Source: Eledone cirrhosa | Lineage: Eukaryota | Assembly (NCBI GenBank): GCA_964016885.1 | Contig: OZ024758.1 | Coordinates: forward strand, 30,628,001 to 30,692,000 | Direction: 5' to 3' | DNA length: 64,000 nucleotides | In this document: one piece after another, positions 59,405 to 64,000 of the stretch | Position numbering within the stretch: the stretch's first letter is position 1 | Layout of the letters: each line of letters starts with the position of its first letter | The notes under the pieces: model-generated | Databases searched by the model: none | What the model was told of the DNA's origin: nothing | The model's input: the letters and a program-made list of their open reading frames with translations, nothing else | Translations under genes and position numbers: made by a program

Positions 59405-61195
59405 TATAATTTCACAAAGTTTTACCAATAGAGAAAGAGTCGGTTTCTAACATGAACACAAGACTCTCTCATTGGAATTTATACATCAACTAGGTAGATA
59501 TGTATGTATGCATGTGTAGATATGGATAGTATTGTATGTGTGCATGTGTATATGCTTTGTATCTGTACATATGTATATGAAGTTATTAGATGCAAAACTT
59601 TTGGAATGTTTTACATATTTTTACTGTTCCATTAATGGGTTGTACTTGTAATTTCCTAACTAGTTGTGTTCTTTCTGTTCCTGTGAAGCCAAGCTTCTCA
59701 AGATTTGTATTGAGGCAGTTACTAACATACCCCAGTGCCCCAATAATCACAGGCATAAATCTGAAGGTGTAATCAGGGTGGAGTATCTGCAGATTTCTCA
59801 TCAGTTCTGCATAAATATTCTCCTTTTCACTAATCTTTGATATTATATTGGCATCTGCTGGGCAGCTAATTTCCACTACTGTGCATGCTTTCTTCTCCCT
59901 ATCCCATATCATAATATCTGGTCTGTTATGCCTGCATTTTATTGGGTTTTTTACTGGAATATTCCACCAGTACTCTTTCATATTATGTACATGGATGTCT
60001 TCCACATTGCTGTAGCTTTTAATGTGTTTATTATCGGGGCTATCTTTTTTACGAACTGCATTGTACAGTGTTTTGGCCACTGCATCATGCCTCATAGGTA
60101 GATAGTACCGCGATGACATCTTTGGACAGCTTCTGATGACATGGGTGATATCCTCGATGTTAGTTCTGCAGAGTCTGCACTTGTTATCACATCTAGGTGT
60201 TTTGCCTGCATCCCTATCTCTTTAGTGAATCAGGTATTTCGTGTTAATCTCCTGTTCTTGGATTGCAAAAGCGTATCCTTCAAAGTGGGATCCAATATAG
60301 CGGTTGTTGGCCCAAGATAGACTACTTTCCTTATCTATATTACTCTCACTCTGGAGCTTCCTGGTAACATATCCATGCATGATTTTTTTGCTGATTTTGC
60401 AGTTTTTCATCCACGGATTCACTGCGATACTGCTGAGCGACTTCCCTGGGTGTGAGTTTTTGATTATCACACAGGGAATATCTCTCGAGGAGTTCCTTCC
60501 CAACTCTCATGATCTTATCTGTTTCATGTAGATAAACTTGCTTGAGAAACGGGCTCCTACGCTTCGTGGTTCGTAGAGATATGATGCGACATTCAAATGC
60601 TGTCTGGACTGATGTTAGGCCTCTGCCTCCCTGCTTACGTTTCAAGTAAAGGCGGTCTATGTCACTGTTGATGTGGAAGTTTCCGGTGTTGTTTAGTATT
60701 TTTCGGTTCCAACATCAACTGCTCGGATTTCGTATATCGTCCAATTGAGTATTCCAAACGTTGGTATTAGGACAGGCACAGCAAACACATTGTGAGGCCA
60801 CTGTTTTGTTTTGCGCAGAGAGTTTCGATGACCAGATCTTTCTTAATCGGGTGTAGTATTCCCTAGTTACGCGTTTTTTATTACAGATACCATTATAGGA
60901 TATGTTCTCATCTAACCCCAGGTATCTGTAGCTGTCCTCATCAGATATCGGTGAAACAGTTAAGCCATTGATGACAATGTTGCTAGATTGGGTTGTTGTT
61001 TTTCCCCCCCTTTACAGTCATGTATGAGCATTTATCCTGGCCAAACTCCATTCCTCTATCCTTTGAGAACGTTGTAACCAGGTCAAGATTTTTCTTCATC
61101 CCATCCATGTTCTTGGCATAGAGTTTTAGATCGTCCACAAAGAAATTATGGGTTAGGTTCGTATTTCTGTCCTCCTGTGAGCTAATGATGTATCC

Positions 61196-61198
<3 letters not shown>
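59405..61198 (-). mobile_element. 5'-truncated R4/Dong-like non-LTR retrotransposon (RT, CCHC, restriction-like endonuclease), frameshifted
   Basis: HNFFVDDLKLY, GGRGL, FAIQEQEINT, CRLC..THVI.SC, RHDAV, RPDI..D..VEISCP; 3' UTR stem-loop at 59425-59475. Confidence 0.85.
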
Positions 61199-61267
<69 letters not shown>

Positions 61268-61527
61268 AGGAGGTGTGGTAAGGAACCAGATGGACCATAA
61301 CGCACCAGAGTACTCAATACTTAGGATAGTGGAGTGGGTAATAGGAAAATGTTTGACCCCGACGTGGTCAGCATTATATATATATATATATATATATACA
61401 TAATGTAAAAGGTAAACAGAAATATCAACACAAACGGTACAGTATATGAAAGGAATATATTAGGTGAACGCTTGAAATAGTAGGAAGAGTGTCTTAACGT
61501 TTCGAACGTTATTTTGGATATCTACCC

Positions 61528-61589
<62 letters not shown>

Positions 61590-63182
61590 GAAAGGTATAG
61601 AAAACACTGCAGCGAAAAGCCAACAGCACTTCATAATAAATAAGTGACTATAGCGTCAAAATGGGAAAAATAGTTAACGTAAGATGTGGGCAAAATAATT
61701 CAAACGCATCTCAAAGAGAATCAGGATATAAATTCCTCCACAGAATTTAGTGAAATCCAGGGAAAAATCAATGGAGCCTTAACTCATGATAAAATAAAGT
61801 TTAAAATACTCATCCTTCAATTTGGAAAAACTTCAAATGCTCTGTATAGTCTTAAAGACTATTTCATGAAAACTTTCAGTGGAGATGGTCACGGTTGGAT
61901 TTCAATCGTCAGCAGAGCTCAACTCGATAACCAGGACTCTCACAGATTAATATGCCAAAAAGGGAATTTTAAAACTGGCTAGTTCACCATCATGCGTGAT
62001 TATGAAAAACGCACATAAGGAAAGACATGGCTAGTGACGTCAGAATGAGACGCATGTTTGTTTACAAGAAACAACAGTCAAAAACATTCCGAAAAAAAAC
62101 TCTACAAAAGGAGTTCAGCAAAAAGCAATATTATCGCAGTTTTTTATAAAAAAAAACGGGATTAGTCATAAATAATTTAAGTACTCTAGGATATATATAT
62201 ATAAGTCCAAAGAATCATTAGATAAAATATATACAGTATTTCCTCTCCCAATCAGCATAAATCAACCACACAAAAAAATCATTTAAACGAGACTATAAGT
62301 TTAAGATGTATTTATGAAGAAATAGTAGACAAATGATATAGCTTTTTTTCCGCGACGTACAGCTCAAAATATTTACCTAATATTCCTATTAACCTGTAGA
62401 AATTGACTAGACATTCAGTTAACTACACGTAATTAGGTACAAAATCGAAGTTAGAAGAAAAAGTGTACATAAACTTTACCAAAATATACATATATATATA
62501 ATTATTGGGGTGGATATCCAAAATACTCTAAGATCCAGCATTTAGTTAATGATTATTTTAACATATATTATTTTAACATATATTTATGTTTAGTTGCAGT
62601 TTGGGCATGCTAAATCCGAGTAGCACAGCTGTCAAGTTTATCCATTTTAAGCCATTAAGTAATATGTCAAAACACTTTATTCATTCTCGAGCTATTAATA
62701 ATAAAACAATTATGTTTTATTATGGCTTTAATTCACTATTCTTCAAATACATATTATGTTTCAAATTTATGAAGTTAGATGAAGGGAATTTCATCAGGTT
62801 ATCTCAGGCTCATAACGATTAATCCATGAAATGCACAAGTTGTATGATGAAAAGAAACCATAAGATAAATAGTTTAGTGTGGAGCTGTCGTATATGTCTT
62901 TGATCTGTAGCCGTTTCATTCCCGAGTAAGTTACAGTAAGCTACAATAAGCTAGGTATAGACGCCATAGAAACACGCGCTTGCAGACATGCACCCCACTT
63001 CACACAAACAAACACACATACATGTTGGAGAGCATAATTGTATTTATTCGGCTACCGCTGCTGATATTCGTGTAATAGCGATGTCCAGGTGTCATTTTGG
63101 TTACAGGAATATTTTTCAATTACAGAGCAATATGCCATCTCATTAATCGTGTTAAATGGGAGGGTATTTCATGTATCATTTT

Positions 63183-63233
63183 ATTTTATCTGATGAGGAC
63201 GTACTGTTGTACCTCTGAAATATGAATAATACA
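63183..63233 (+). ncRNA. hammerhead motif, same family as 36702
   Basis: TTTTAT CTGATGA GGacGTAC tgtt GTACctCT GAAA tatgaa TA ATACAA. Confidence 0.68.
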
Positions 63234-63275
63234 ATTTAAGTGATCACAGGAACATCTATTTTATTAATACTTGTA

Positions 63276-63338
<63 letters not shown>

Positions 63339-63516
63339 GGTCGTTTTGGAAGCCTCAACAATGCAGATGGGTAAATCTCCGGGTAACAGAATCAGGTAGT
63401 AATGAGATAGATATACGAGGAAATGTAGAATGAGACGTATAGGGTGTAGAAGAACGTAGGAAAGAGTGTAAAAGTAATAACACGAGATAGAGTTACCTTG
63501 GAAGTGATTTAATTGT

Positions 63517-63552
63517 CCCTATATTTCGGATTTTGCATCCATCAACTGGGGG
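63517..63552 (-). ncRNA. variant hammerhead-like motif
   Basis: Reverse complement: CCC CAGTTGA T GGAT gcaaa ATCC GAAA TA TA GGG; the core is substituted. Confidence 0.4.
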
Positions 63553-64000
63553 TTTTCGAGGGGGAAAGTTTTTAGTCGGAGAGGAACAACACGTGGCCTC
63601 TGTTTTCTAGATAACAGAGGCCACGGCTGGACCAAATCAAATCAAATTTTACAAGGTTAATAGACCCAGGAGTATCAACATGTAATTTTTATTTTCATTT
63701 GGATTAAAACAATATAAGATTTTATCAAAAATAATATTTTTATGGTCAACTATAGTAAACCATGACTATGACGATGATAACGTCACATTTTGTATATGAG
63801 TCTGTATGTGAGTGAGTGTGTGTGTGTGTGTTTCTGCGTTCGTTATGTACGTTAGGCCTCAGAGAATTAAACACACACACACATCTACGCATACATACAC
63901 ATAATGTGTGTGAGTGTATGCGAGTGTGTAGACGTCATATTTTGCAAGTGTATGTGTCTGTCTTAGTATATGTATGTTAGAGTGTATGTGTGTGAGTGTA

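Noticed and set aside
61510-62526. 25-bp inverted pair as transposon TIRs, with the 98-aa ORF at 61686
   Set aside because: The (TA)n tracts lie inside the pair, so these are more likely ends of two separate inserts; the ORF has no recognisable motif.

Overview
This is AT-rich, repeat-saturated eukaryotic DNA with no recognisable host gene, rRNA, tRNA or CRISPR array. The SINE family and very long (TA)n-derived tracts suggest an octopod cephalopod (inference). Nearly all long ORFs in the track are microsatellite artefacts. The real coding remnants are all retroelements: a Tx1/L1-like LINE fragment with stacked 3' copies in (TATC)n, a CR1-like LINE (APE+RT, frameshifted), three Penelope-like (PLE) RT/GIY-YIG remnants, an RTE fragment and an R4/Dong-like RLE element. 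Non-coding repeats include about 20 copies of a tRNA-derived SINE, two composite non-autonomous Helitrons, a mariner-type MITE and six RTE-5'UTR-like short elements. The main hidden signal is about 20 minimal type I hammerhead ribozyme (HHR) motifs from several unrelated sequence families. Many sit in short fold-back palindromes inserted in (TA)n, several have an unusual U-U mismatch at the base of stem II, and one lies in a 453-bp retrozyme-like direct repeat. The SINE tail also shares a CTTGTG-N7-TAGAAAC motif with the 3' stem-loop of the R4/Dong element. All calls were made by eye and coordinates are approximate to a few bases.
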